The notes below the pieces were generated by a model. The model ran no database searches. It was given only the letters and a program-made list of their open reading frames with translations, and was not told the origin of the DNA. A program made the translations under genes and the position numbers. Positions 14,341 to 27,301 of a stretch of DNA of 64,000 bases are shown piece after piece. The stretch is from Phoronis australis. Taxonomy: Eukaryota; Animalia; Phoronida. The DNA lies in the NCBI GenBank assembly GCA_002633005.1, contig NMRA01000183.1:666397-730396 (forward strand). The letters are read 5' to 3'. Each line of letters starts with the position of its first letter. Position 1 is the stretch's first letter.

Positions 14341-14851
14341 ATGTCGTCTTTAATTGGATCAATATCTCCGTTAACAGAATCAACTCACATTGATTCATAC
14401 ATCGAACTATTGGAGGCGTATTTCGAGGCAAATGATTTGCCCTCCGGAAAACATGTTAGTTGTTTTTTACCCGTTATCGGTGAAACGGCTTATGATCTGT
14501 TGAAATCATTGGTGTCTCCGGCAGCCCCTAAGGGCAAAACGTTTCAACAGTGCGTCGCTGCGCTGAAAGAACATTACTCCCCAAAACCGGTGGTGATTAT
14601 GGAACGTTTCCGCTTCATGAAAAGGATACAAAAGCCCACAGAGCCAATCCGTGATTATATTGCGGCTTTGAAAACCCTAAGTATTCACTGTGATTTTAAA
14701 ACTACACTTGAGGAGCGTCTGAGAGACCAGTTGGTTATGGGCCTTTACTCAGATAAAATGCAACAACGTCTCTTACGAGAGAAAGATTTGAAGTTTCAAA
14801 ATGCCGTTGACATTGTGGTTGCTATGGAGGCGGCGATGAAGGACTCTAAAG
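14341..14851 (+). CDS. gag: Gag N-terminal part of the Mag-like element (open until the assembly gap)
   Basis: The ATG follows the PBS closely. MSSLIGSISPLTESTHIDSYIELLEAYFEANDL..ERFRFMKRIQKPTEPIRDYIAALKTLSIHCDF..LRDQLVMGL is a typical Gypsy Gag motif set with no stops. Confidence 0.9.
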
Positions 14852-15565
14852 NNNNNNNNNNNNNNNNNNNNNNNNNNNNNNNNNNNNNNNNNNNNNNNNN
14901 NNNNNNNNNNNNNNNNNNNNNNNNNNNNNNNNNNNNNNNNNNNNNNNNNNNNNNNNNNNNNNNNNNNNNNNNNNNNNNNNNNNNNNNNNNNNNNNNNNNN
15001 NNNNNNNNNNNNNNNNNNNNNNNNNNNNNNNNNNNNNNNNNNNNNNNNNNNNNNNNNNNNNNNNNNNNNNNNNNNNNNNNNNNNNNNNNNNNNNNNNNNN
15101 NNNNNNNNNNNNNNNNNNNNNNNNNNNNNNNNNNNNNNNNNNNNNNNNNNNNNNNNNNNNNNNNNNNNNNNNNNNNNNNNNNNNNNNNNNNNNNNNNNNN
15201 NNNNNNNNNNNNNNNNNNNNNNNNNNNNNNNNNNNNNNNNNNNNNNNNNNNNNNNNNNNNNNNNNNNNNNNNNNNNNNNNNNNNNNNNNNNNNNNNNNNN
15301 NNNNNNNNNNNNNNNNNNNNNNNNNNNNNNNNNNNNNNNNNNNNNNNNNNNNNNNNNNNNNNNNNNNNNNNNNNNNNNNNNNNNNNNNNNNNNNNNNNNN
15401 NNNNNNNNNNNNNNNNNNNNNNNNNNNNNNNNNNNNNNNNNNNNNNNNNNNNNNNNNNNNNNNNNNNNNNNNNNNNNNNNNNNNNNNNNNNNNNNNNNNN
15501 NNNNNNNNNNNNNNNNNNNNNNNNNNNNNNNNNNNNNNNNNNNNNNNNNNNNNNNNNNNNNNNNN
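14852..15565. other. Assembly gap (714 N)
   Basis: Run of N inside the LTR element. Confidence 1.
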
Positions 15566-16075
15566 AAACCTGATTTCACTAGTCGAGTCAAAACTAAACA
15601 AGCTGTTCAATGTGAAAATCACAAATCTGGTAAATTACGTGTATTTGAGATTGGTGATAAGGTTCTGTTTCAAAACTTTGGTGTTGGCCCTAATAAGTTG
15701 CCAGGTATCATTATGGAAAGTTTAGGGTCTCGCATGTATTTGGTGAAATCTGACAATGACAAATGTTATAGACGTCATGTTGACCAGATGCAGCTAGATT
15801 GTACATCTCCCAGTTTGCATGATAGAAGTGTAGAAGTAACTGATGATTTGTCTTCTGGTAATGATATTGTTAACATTGAACCTGTGCCTAATGTTAATGA
15901 GCCTGATTCAGCGACAAGCCCTGATGATATGTTGAGTTCACCCATTGTTCCCGAATCTAACAGGGATGTCGTGGAATCACCCTCAGCCTCTGTGCCTGTT
16001 CTGGAAGTTCCGCCAGTACCGGCTCCTAGACGTTCGCTCAGAAATGTTAAGCCCCCGGACAGGTTGAACTTGTAA
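15566..16075 (+). CDS. pol: C-terminal tail of Pol (post-integrase-core region) of the Mag-like element
   Basis: Open frame from the gap edge: KPDFTSRVKTKQ..RVFEIGDKVLFQNF..PGIIMESLGSRMYLV..RRHVDQM..PRRSLRNVKPPDRLNL*. It stops about 40 bp before the PPT. Confidence 0.85.
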   Translation, partial: KPDFTSRVKTKQAVQCENHKSGKLRVFEIGDKVLFQNFGVGPNKLPGIIMESLGSRMYLVKSDNDKCYRRHVDQMQLDCTSPSLHDRSVEVTDDLSSGNDIVNIEPVPNVNEPDSATSPDDMLSSPIVPESNRDVVESPSASVPVLEVPPVPAPRRSLRNVKPPDRLNL

Positions 16076-19000
16076 AGCTGTTTGTTGTTCCTGTAGTTAA
16101 GTTTTCCAAGCTTGAGGGGAAGGGTGTAATAGATTATGTATTACGACCGCTAGATGGCGTGTTGTTTGATGTACACTCTCCTCTGTCTGAAATATAGATA
16201 TGAAGAGACCTCCTGGAAAGATGGCTGTTGTGTGTCTTGTGGGCACGGACTCGAATCGAATCGGGAACCATCAACATTAACAGAAACGGAAAACAAAACC
16301 TGGAGAACTGAGACTGATAGCGTCTTAATCCTGACACACATACAAATGTGGATGACATGAATTACATCCGCACAGAGGCTCACCGTTTGTATATCATGCT
16401 TTGAATCCTACAGAAGTTGCTGCGTGGTGAATTTTCCAACTGTGAACGTCTCTACATTTCTGTCCGTTCATGTCATAGCGTCTCAACTATCAAAATCATA
16501 ACCAACGTCCGTAAGCAGGAACTTCGTATCCAGTCTTGATTCGTCCTGTCGGATGCTCAAATAAAGACATTACGGCACTCGTCGTCGAGAAAATGGCCGA
16601 ACCGGGTGTCGTACAGTCATAATTAAAGCCGGTGTTAGAAAAAACAATGGCTTTTCCACACTGGATTTCAAAAAAGGCAGAATGTCGACGCACATTGGAA
16701 GATTAGCCTCTTTTACAATAAAAAATTGGAAACGAAATCAAACGCTGAAATTAATCCGTGAAAGCTAACTTGGAAAATTCCAGAAATTCCAAGCTGGGAG
16801 GGTTTAAATTCTTCAATCGACCTCCAGAAATAGTTTGACATTCATGTTAACTTTGATTTATTTGAAACTAAAACATAAAGCTGTTTTAAAAAGCTTACGG
16901 TGTTCTCAGTGTTTTAACAATTGAATCCCTCACTGACCTTGAGAAACCAAATGATCTATGTCAGTTGTCTTCGTAAATAACAAAGTTCACTTTGAAAGCT
17001 TAATAATTATACCTGCTAAACTACGTAATGCTTTCGTTATAGGGAAGGGGTGTTGTTACTGCTGTGTTGTACTGTAATTTTGGACATTGTGGCAGAAGAA
17101 CCAAAATCCCGAGTAAGGTGGTACATGAAGTTCACGTGATTAAACAGCCGAGTGAATTTCCTATCCTAAATATGATGGAATTCATTTCTCAGAACATTAC
17201 TGTCTGGTAGATAGCTGTAAGAAGAGAGGGAGTATTTCTCGCAGCAGGTGTCTGGTGTTTGGCTTACGGAACGCAGCCATGGGAATGACATTGATGGACG
17301 AACTGCAAACCACGTAAAAATGGAGACATTCGTAAACAGCCTGTGGGCTCATGAAGAACTGAGACACGTAAACAGGAAATAAGCATGTTTGGAGTACTCT
17401 TATTACGCCATTTTTCGAACAACAGCTTGAGTGTCTGTAGCAAAAGAATCTTCTTTGTATACCAGATTTTTTTTACAAAAACATCTGTAGAGCATTACAA
17501 ATTCCTTCAAAAACCTTCCTTGAAGGATCTATTGTGCAGAAGTGGAATTTATGAGCGAGCGTTGGAGAACAGTGCATTGCGCATATCTTTTGAAAGTTTC
17601 GTATGAACGCGATCAGTCCTTTTGAGCTATGTCGTTCCAAAATTAAGTTAAGTTTTAACATTTTTTAGGGTCTTACTCAACCTGAGATATTCAACAAAAA
17701 CTCGTCTTATCGTTGTTCCTTTACCTGAACAATGGCGGGCCTTCATTTTCGAAGTGTAAAATGTGTGGAATGTTCAGAAATCTATTTAGTGTTACTGGAG
17801 AAATAATGGCAGTTGTATGCTGTCTCAAATGGAAAGTGCAAAAGTGTTCCTTGACCTGTGATTGTCAAAAAATGTCACTCAAGTTCATTTACATAATCGA
17901 CATTTGGTAGCACACCAGTAGCATAACTTAAAAGTTACAAGTACCTCAAGTCTGCAAAACTCAAATCTGATGAGGATGGTTTCTGGTATTTTGACAAAAC
18001 GTAGGCTACATTTGCATGTACAAGACGATTCGTAATTACTCACACGACAAATCATCAACTTTCCTCGAGACGGACAACAGATAATGGGTATCGCCCTGAA
18101 GCAGACGCAGCTACATTTGATAGATCTCGCTAGCCATATCGCGTGACTAAAACTGGTCTTCCACAACGTCTGTCGTTCCACACGATAAAATGGCGACTGA
18201 CGTCAATCTATGACTGGGAGAACTGACTATTGCAGAGATCTACGTTTTACGAAAGATGATGCTCTCATATCGATTGCCACTTTATCTCGTAGAATGAAGT
18301 CCGTTCTCCTGGGACCAGTTACTGAGACTAAAATAATTAGCCACAATTTTAGAAAAATTCGTTTTGAGTCGTTGACATTAGTTAGTGCCCTGATCTAATA
18401 ACAGCCTTAGGTGGATAATGACAGACTGACGGCTGCCGATTCTATTTTTCTTCAACGCAAATCGCGCGACTTCTGCACGTATTTGTTGAAGCTTTTCTAG
18501 AGATCACAAAGTCTGAGCAAACTTAACTCGTAGTAAAATGGCACGTAGGATCTTCACAAAGCCCAGTTATATTTGACGCATATTTACATGTAACATTTTC
18601 TTTTCTACTTCTTAAGTTGTTTTGTATTTGACCTGATTAAGGTGTAGATCTGTGTCAGTTTTTCCACGAGCTACATGTAGACTTAGAAATGTATCAAACT
18701 GGTAACAATTTGTTACTCATAATTTACATCATGGCCAACGCATTGTTGTTATGAATTGTAGTTGACATCCCGATATCGCGTGCGTCATCCTCAGAGAATA
18801 GATATATCAATCAATTAATTAAAATCTACTCGAGGGAGAGTTTGAGCAGGAAGCTCTTTAATAGAATCTACCCGTCTTGCATTGCTGGCATTTTATGCTT
18901 GCGCGCCATTAGATCATATGTTGAATGCACATACGTCCCTAAGGAACAAATACAAGTCGCCAGCGAGACTCCAATGATCGTTCCAAATTCGACGAATCGA

Positions 19001-21968
19001 CACTTATGTCGACACCATCGTCGCCCATTAACCTAATCATCCTCCTCGGTAGACATTAATGTTGCTCCTATGTAAAATTGCCTGAAATAATCCAAGTACT
19101 TTAGGCACATTTTAACTTGAACAAATCTTCGTCTTAGGACGTACAGTTGTCGAGATTCCGAGTTGTGTAAAGTGTTAAGTTTTAGTCAGGTGTTGACGTT
19201 CACCAAACCCGATTGCTGTATTGATGCTTATTTGGTCATTTGCCAAATAGTGCCACTTATACTATCTAACGAGGGCATTTTCAAAGTCTATCTGGGGATC
19301 TGAAATAAATGCGACGCTTGTAAAGTCTTATCTGGACTTTCGTCTTTGGATAACAAATACATATACAATAGATTCATTTTTATTTTCACCTCCCCCCTGG
19401 GTCAAAACTCAACGAAATATCATTTTTGTTTGAAACATTTATTTCAGTCTAGGAACGCATCTGGTGCAGTAATTTCTTTGGGGTTTGATGACTTGCACTT
19501 TCCCAACTTTTCATTTTTGTAACGCCCACAAAATACAATTGTTCGTAGCCCATACACCATCAGGAAATTATTTTGTTACATATTTATTCAACGTAGCCAC
19601 TACAAAAAACGTTGAACCACAATGCAGTGCGTGATTTGGAATTGGGTGATGTTATTAGCGGAGGTTGATGCGCTGAAAACTTAAGCATATTACAGGATAC
19701 ATGGTGTCACTAAAAGGATTTGAACAGATGTAAATTTCAAAGAAATTTAACTTTATTCCACTGGTAAGTTATTAAAAACAATTTTAATTCCCCATTATAT
19801 TTTTTAAAAAAACCGTTTTTTCATAGTCAGTTTTTCTTATTTCTGATCAAGACCCACCGGAAGTATAAGACATTCGAAGAGTTTTGGGCTGAATTAAGTA
19901 TATCCTACTAAAAATGTTTGCAAGCCTCAAAAAGACTTCTGCGAATATAACAATTTCTTACGGTCGTGTTAAATGCTCATGCGGGACATCGTGTCCAGCT
20001 AGAGTTGTGTGGTAGTGGCACCAGTGGTCACATTTTTAGCTACAGCTAAGAGATGGGTGCCGCTGGGGGTGGTTTTCAGTTTTGTCACTGTCGAATTTTG
20101 ACAACTATACAAAAAATGTTCCAAAAAGCATTTTCTCCCTCCTTTCTTAAAATCCATTTCTTAATTTGACAACATAATTATACATGTAGTAAATATGGGG
20201 TCCATTGTCACTGGAACACGGTGATATAGTCTGCATGTGTCAGTGTCACTAAAATTTACTTGGGGGACAACGAGTTTATTGTTGAATTTCTCTGTAAAGT
20301 CCTAAACTGTAACAGATAAAATAAGATATCCTCAGTACATTTCAAAGCTACACAATAGATGTTTTCTCACTTTTATCTGTCTGAAAATTCTTATCTACAG
20401 ATTTTACATAGGTAGCAGGAGTAGTTTAGTTTATTGCATTTTTTGTAAATGCCACTGCATCTTGAAATATCACTGACGGATGTAATTTCACCAAACCGCA
20501 AGGAAAGTCTAAATAATACTTAAAAACGTGTAATCTTGGATTTTTTAATTGACTAAATTCTAAACGGAAGTTGCGAGCGATTCCGTGTTCTAAATTCTCG
20601 GTGGTAGTCTTTTGGATTGGTGAAACTTTTTTCATGAAGGTTTAGTCCTTTTTAATAGCTAAGGTCTATCTCTCTGGTTATTTATGTCGCTATGACGCCC
20701 TAAATTTGTTGCTAATACAAGTTAATTGGTTTACTTCTTAACTAATCGTCCAATTAGTACACACATGACTTCATTATTACTCTCTTTGTATTTTCTTGGG
20801 TTGTAGAACTAAAAGTATATTTTTACCATATTAGGTAAAGTAACAATACCTCTTCGTTGTTGTCAAAAGTTTTAATGGCGCTACAGAAAGAGACACTTTT
20901 CTTATTTGTATACTTAGTTTAAAAATGTGTGTCTAAACAAGAAAGGAGAAAGAAACTGTTTATTTGTACTTGGAGCTAAGCTCATTTGTACATGTACAAA
21001 TTTTATTACAATAGTTGGCATAGACGGCAATTTCATGATCAGATGTTCAATACACATATACATATTTACAAAAATATGTTCATATTCGACCATTTTTATA
21101 CCGTATTCTGCCCTACCTCAAACATTCCAAAACAACTTGAAAGGTCTGGCGAAATTCATTCAAGACGCTTTGCAGGTTAGAAGTAATACTGGTCTGTAGT
21201 GGTCAAAGTTGTTATGTAATGGTTTAATTGTTATTAGGTAACTGAGTAAGCCCATTGAGGCCGGGGATGTGGTCAATATTCTGTCTTTGAGATTGTATTT
21301 ACTGGCACTCTTTGTGTATAAGTAATAATAATAATGAATATTTACGATGTCAAAATTTCCTGTCTAAGATCACAATTTTTTAATATAAATAGAGATAATC
21401 GTTTCAAAAGGTTGATATTGTTTGTTTTGAATTGACAGCTCACATTTTAAGTATAGTGTCTGGATAATTCTGATTAAATTAGATTTAATATAATGTTAGT
21501 CAGGGCACTTTTCAAGTAGTTACTGTACTTCGATTGCAGATTTCATCAAGCCTCTCCTCCTTTAGACTGCCATGGTGCCTACCAGATTCTACTTTCAGTT
21601 GACGTCAAGAACACCTGAATTTGGCTAGTACATGTATTCTACCTACATGTATAGCTGCTGGTAGACGGTAAAGATATTCTTCAAAAGAGAATTCTGTTTT
21701 GATGACAGAGTGATGTGAGCACTTACTGGAGTTCTGTACTGACAACCTCCATTCTTAGGCACCACAGTAGAATAACCTTTGCTTAAATTCTAATATCAAT
21801 GAATCAGTATTTCCAGGGCCAGTTATCCGTACCTCTCAAACCCGTATCTGAATAAAATATAGCGCACTGACACAATGGGGCTATTCGGAAAATCTACCAT
21901 AACTAGAGGGCGTGCGTGTACTAGTGGTGATAGATTAGCAGCCTCGATTTCGCGAGCCCTTTAAATAC

Positions 21969-24052
21969 ATGGTGAAATGGCTTGCAGCCGTGCCAACTAA
22001 ATCTGAGATTGCGTAAAAAGGGTGTTTCTATGAGAGGAAGTAAGCACGACCTCATACAAAGGTAAGGTTTGTGATTATTTTAACGATTATTCCATGATTA
22101 TTCTACCAATGCCTGTTAACTGAGGCGCTCGCCGATGTCGACTTCGCGGCAGTCAGTCGCCAGCCAGAGTCTGGTTAATCTTTGTATGTTGTGATATGTG
22201 ATACGATACTTGACGTAGCAATCGGGGTTTTTTCGTACATCAAAGCATTATTATTGTTTGGAATGATTTCTAAAAGTTTATCAGTGACAGTTACATCAAT
22301 CAATGCTGAGTATTTATGCTGTCAACTCGATACAGCTTAATGAGTTAAGATTACAATCCAATCCCAATGGCAAAGGGTACGTGAGTGATAAATATCCATT
22401 GCATTAGACTAGTATTTGTTTACTCCCTATCATATGTCTTCTGGAAATCTATTACACGTTGAAATGGAAATCTATCACGTCAGTTTTCGCGTAACCTTTG
22501 GTTTTTAGGTTTGAAGGCTTGTACCGTGCAGAGGAGATATGCATCGCTTCTGCATCGTCCCTGAACGGACAAAAATTGGTTTTTAGCATTTGACTGCAGA
22601 TAACCAACAAGATCTTCCCATCCAGTGCAGATCTGTTGTCAAAGCCTACTTTCAATATTGGAGACAACGAACAAAGCCTTTGAAAAGGAACAGCTATTTT
22701 TAAAGTCATTTTGTTAAATTACTTATTCAGGTCCTCTGAGGGGGGATTGGCATGGGGGGTTGTAATATTTGGTACAACTGAATGTGTGGAAATAACAGGT
22801 AATACATGTTTGGGGAAAAGAGCATGGTGAGGTAATTCTTAACCTTCACGAAGTCCCTTCAAGTTGATTTCATGAAACTGTTTTGCTACTTGTATCAATT
22901 GTAAAACCACGAAAATATATTACATTTTCCGAATTCAAAATGACTGAATAGTCTTAACTCATGCCTTGAAATGTTGCAAGTGGTTATAAATTCAAGTGAC
23001 TGCCATTTTTGTGAAAATTGCATTTTTGATGGTGCCTTACGATTTGTAAATACTCTTAAACAACAGAAAGATTATCCATCATTTTTAAATGAATGACCCA
23101 AGTCTTCATATCTTCTATTAGAAGAAAAACGGTTCCCTCAACCTTAGGCTAGAAGTATGCTTGACAGACCCATGAACGTGTAATCTGAGTTTAAAATTGC
23201 TGAAAGTATCAAAATTAAAAAGGCTTGAAAATGGGTAACAAAGGTTTGAAGTTGTCTCAAAAAACTTGTATATTTTACAGACAAGTGATGCGTTTAAAGA
23301 ATTGTTATGGCTAGGGATAAAAAATAAAGACACAGTTTTATGCAATACTCATTATATACACCCTTGGTTTCTGAAAATAGTAATTATTTACTTTTATGTG
23401 AAACTGTAGACCAATCGCCATACATTTTTGAAAAACAGGGATAACATCATTTTTGATCCAATCTGGAGTACTTAATTATTCATATTTCAATATTTGTTCC
23501 AGGTTCAGTGACGTTTTAAGGCCACTTCAAGCTGTATCATAGACAAGCTTTGTTACTCCGTACTCTTCCCACAGCACTGCCACACACCAGCAGTGCTGCA
23601 TGGCACAATGTGCAAGTCAGTGGCCCTGGAGAAATGTGAATCGCAGTACTAAGTTACCATAAGACAATGTGCCAGTGGACTGTCTGTGTATCCAGACGAA
23701 CTATATCTGACTGCTACGCAAATAAGCCTTGTTGGTGAGGATGCCCTTTCATAGGCAATGAGTCATGTGTGGACAATAGCTTATTTCCTTTCTGGAAGAA
23801 ACATGAGGGACTGAAGCTAAAGAAGACCTAGTCACACTCTGGTCTAGTTCAGAGTCTGTTTTGGGCTCAAAACGATTCAAGTCATATGCTGCTGTGTTTA
23901 CCTTCAAGGGTCTAATTGTGGATGTTATTGAGGTTGAACGAGGTTACATGAAAGAAAGCCACGTGTTGAAACTGGACCTTTTTTACAAGCGCTTGATGCG
24001 CTTCTATAGGCCATTGAAACTAGAACCCAGTGAAATGAAAGCCAAAAGCTGA
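21969..24052 (+). pseudogene. Spliced SAP + YqaJ-like exonuclease gene remnant of the ISL2EU element
   Basis: Exon LRLRKKGVSMRGSKHDLIQR followed by GTAAG (SAP-like, ends 22061). About 23590-24050 gives AVLHGTMCKSVALEKCE..CASGLSVYPDELYLTATQISLV and FTFKGLIVDVIEVERGYM..KLDLFYK, a degenerate YqaJ pattern (HG..E..A / GL.V...YL.ASPD.LV) with stops. Confidence 0.75.
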
Positions 24053-24989
24053 GTGACATTAAATTTTCCTTTCAGAAGAAAGGCTTTATACTATTGGTAA
24101 AAACTTTTCGATTTGGTACAGATTATGGGGAAATGACATTCAGTGACTGCATCGATTGTCTTATTGTATGTTTTCAATTGTAGCTAGCTGGATAAGAATC
24201 TGCTATGCACAAGATTCGAGAATAAACAATTATCAATGTATTTAAAACAAATGGCAAACTGAAAAAGCACAGAAAGAAACAACATTGCGAGGGAGTCCAT
24301 AATCAGGCATATCAGGTGATGAATTTCTGAATTACATTCAATTCTCTCAGGTTATTGCTGAAGGATTGCTTTTCACTTTGTCCAACGGTGAAATAGATGG
24401 TCAGGCGGTTGGTTTCAGTTGTTTTTTCTCGCCTGTAACAGAATAGAAATATTAGGAAATTGTAAAAGAAAAGACAAGACAAAACTACTTTTGTAAGGCA
24501 GAACATACTTGACATTTCATCTTCATGTTTATGTGTAGAAACTAATAACCTTTGTACCCAAGTCTTATTTAATATCTGAATTAAAATATGTGAAACTGGC
24601 TAAAAGTGATTTAACAATATGTATTTTTCATGACACTTAAAATGTGCTTCTGATCTCAACAAGCAATTTTTTCCAATGCAATGTTAGGACATTTACTGAA
24701 TTGAGGCTTATTCATGTTAATTTGATAACTGAGCTGGTGGTCCTGGGGGTGGGGTCCATGATAAAATAAGGAAACTCACTCATCTAGAGAATTTTATTGG
24801 AAACAGCATAGCTTTGAAGGGAAACTGCTGTGAAAAAGTCACTATTGACTTCTGTGCATCACGTACCACACACCTCTTATTTTGGGAGCACTCCCACCCA
24901 GGACAATATGAATATGTGCTGCTAGCCTACCCGGCATCGGGTGAGTTTCCAAAAAGAAACACTTAGTTCCACTCAACAAACCTGTTATT

Positions 24990-25270
24990 CAGTGGGGTAA
25001 CTGGTGGGTACAACATCACCGAACAATGTTGATAGAAACTGATTGCTAAAACTTACCAAGTAATGTTGTGTAGTCTCCGAATGCCGGGAACTGCATAGTC
25101 ATAGAACACACACGGGGCTTCAGCATCCACACACTTTTTGTCAGTTAATTGACCCTGTTGACCGCAATTGTCCACAAATATAGTAACCTTAGGTCTTTTG
25201 GGAATTTGTGGCCACCTGTCGAAGACTTGCACCACGGAAATTAGCAGTAATAAGGCTTAGCGCGACGACG
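24990..25270 (-). pseudogene. THAP zinc-finger remnant (N-terminus of the ISL2EU transposase)
   Basis: Minus strand reads YC*FPWCKSSTGGHKFPKDLRLLYLWTIAVNR..VW..PRVCS, followed downstream by DVVPT (AVPT box). A DDE core is not recognisable. Confidence 0.75.
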
Positions 25271-25631
25271 TATTTTGATAAAAATTCCATCTTTTACCAG
25301 TTGTTTACATGCAGATAGCCACGCATGCGCAATTCAATCACCACTAGTACAGCAGCGACACCCCGAGGAGAATTCTCCGAATAGCCCCATTTGTTCGCCC
25401 CCTTTCACAAGTCTTCCGCAGTACCTTTAAATTTTCTTCGGGTACCATTGGTTATCCTTGTGTAGCTTTTTGGCCCACTAGATTATTGGTCTGCACGAGT
25501 GTTTCATTGATAATACATGTAAATGTCTTCCGTATTCCTCTCTAGGCATAACGTTAGTTGTTTTCTCTGACACACCAGCTGCCCAATTACAAAAATCATA
25601 TTTAAATAGTTTCTGCATGTATATCTTCTGA

Positions 25632-25638
25632 ATATATA

Positions 25639-25712
<74 letters not shown>
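25632..25712. repeat. (TATACA)n/(TA)n microsatellite
   Basis: Directly visible. Confidence 0.98.
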
Positions 25713-25714
<2 letters not shown>

Positions 25715-25984
25715 CCATCTAGAAAATTGTCAAACAATTAAAACCATACATGTTTGGAACTACACTCCACTTTATTTAATGTGCTTTTAACATGTTCATT
25801 GCTTTTCTAGCGTGCACGCAATATTCTTTCCATTTTAATCTGAAAGAAAATAATAAACTAAGATACTTGTAATAATATTTTGTTTCTACCAACCTGTTTC
25901 GTAAATCTATTTTTCGTGTGCTGATACAGTTCGACAGTACTATTCAAGATTAACCGATTCACACACTAATTACAATTAATTTTC

Positions 25985-26290
25985 TTTAAAGACCAGGCAC
26001 TGTGACCACCATAAGCACTAAATCGCCCGCAAACAGTAATGATCTTAATTCTATATCATCACACTTGGTACCTCGATCTCCATTTTCTTTGACCTCTGAC
26101 ACCAGCCCGCTTACAAAGACGGAGACTAACCAGGGGCCCAGTATGCAGCCTTGTTTCACTCTTTTTAACATGCAAAGTAGCGTATGGTTTTACTCTGTAT
26201 TTTACACAAGATGTCTCTCTTCAGCATAAATACTCCTCATCAGATTTAACATTTTCCAGCGGAGATTATTTTTAAGAAACAATAAAACAG
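25985..26290 (-). mobile_element. Non-LTR retrotransposon RT fragment (clade uncertain)
   Basis: KRVKQGCILGPWLVSVFV..LRSLLFAGDLVLM matches the degenerate QG..LSP.LF and LLFADD RT motifs. Confidence 0.8.
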
Positions 26291-27301
26291 AGTAAGTAAT
26301 AACAGTTTTAATATCTGAATACTTTAAGATGATATTTTTATTCTAAAAACAAAGAATGCTACCAAAATTCGAAGAAACAACAGCGTGTAATAGTAATAAT
26401 TATGACAAAGGAAAATGAACCACAGAGGTTATATAAATCCGTAGTTAAGTGATTAGGGAAATAATTTCAATGATTCAAAAGATTTCTTTATGAAGACAAA
26501 GGTTTTAGTGAGATAATGGATACCTCACACTTTTATCGAAAATTACACATCTTAATACATGTTTAATAAGATTAATTGCAGCTATAGGGCCGTTTGATAC
26601 AATTACATTATTTAGTGAAAATTCAAAATGAGGTGACATTTTTGAAAAATACGATAATTTATTCCAAGTATCTATCCGAAACGTGCAGATAAAGGTTTTC
26701 TGATAGATAAAATACATGTATAAGCAAACATGATCGATCAATGAGCTTTGAAATGTATTGTGGATAGCTCATCTCATTGGTTGCAGTGTAGGGCTTTCCA
26801 TGAACTTTTTTTCTTTAGAAAGGAAAAGTTAGAGATCATGACATATGTAGTGTATGTTACCGTAAACAGGATACATTACAACAAATTTTAACGACTGTTA
26901 TGTCACTAATAAAAGTGGACTCTGGACAAAACAAGAGACAATTTGATTTTGAACACCTATTGCAAAGTTGTCACGGTCAACATTCAAGAATCAAAAAACT
27001 GAACAACTGGATGGAAAAGTGTGACTGAAGGATAAAAAAACTGGACATCTGGGTCGAAGTGAAAACGTTAGAGTGAAATGTTCGTTGCAACACACAAAGA
27101 CTTATCGTGGAACGAGAGATGTAGAGCCCAAAAATGCCCAACAGCTTATTTTGTTGATGTTTTTAAAGTTGAATGGGAAATTGCAGGTGTTACCAAAACA
27201 TGAAATGCCCTCCTTATAGGAATTGTTCTGAAACCCCCCTCGACCCCACACCCCTCGGCCCACGCCTCACAACCCCCTCGACAAGGTGCATAGAAATTGA
27301 T

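Larger units (their letters stand above)
14162..16282 (+). mobile_element. Young Ty3/Gypsy LTR retrotransposon, Mag-like
   Basis: Two 158-bp LTRs (14162-14319, 16125-16282) with TG..CA ends differ at one base. TSD GAAAC (14157-14161, 16283-16287). PBS TGGCGACGAGG at 14322-14332 is complementary to the tRNA-Ser(GCU) 3' end. PPT GAGGGGAAGGG at 16114-16124. Confidence 0.97.
13523..16336 (-). repeat. 5' LTR of the Gmr1-type element (about 690 bp: 13523-14161 plus 16288-16336), interrupted by the Mag element
   Basis: On the minus strand it starts TGTCAGGAT (16336) and ends TGTGACA (13523), next to the PBS. No second copy is visible, so the 16336 boundary is inferred. Confidence 0.55.
21877..25388. 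mobile_element. ISL2EU-type DNA transposon (PIF/Harbinger-related), internally deleted
   Basis: TIRs GGGGCTATTCGGA(A/G)AAT plus a shared subterminal TGTACTAGTGGTGAT. Flanked by AT on both sides (21875-21876, 25389-25390). It carries convergent YqaJ and THAP remnants. Confidence 0.9.

Noticed and set aside
14191-15622. Long ORFs of 258-460 aa in the ORF track
   Set aside because: Artefacts of translating through the N gap. The real Gag start is 14341, and the ATG at 14191 lies inside the LTR.
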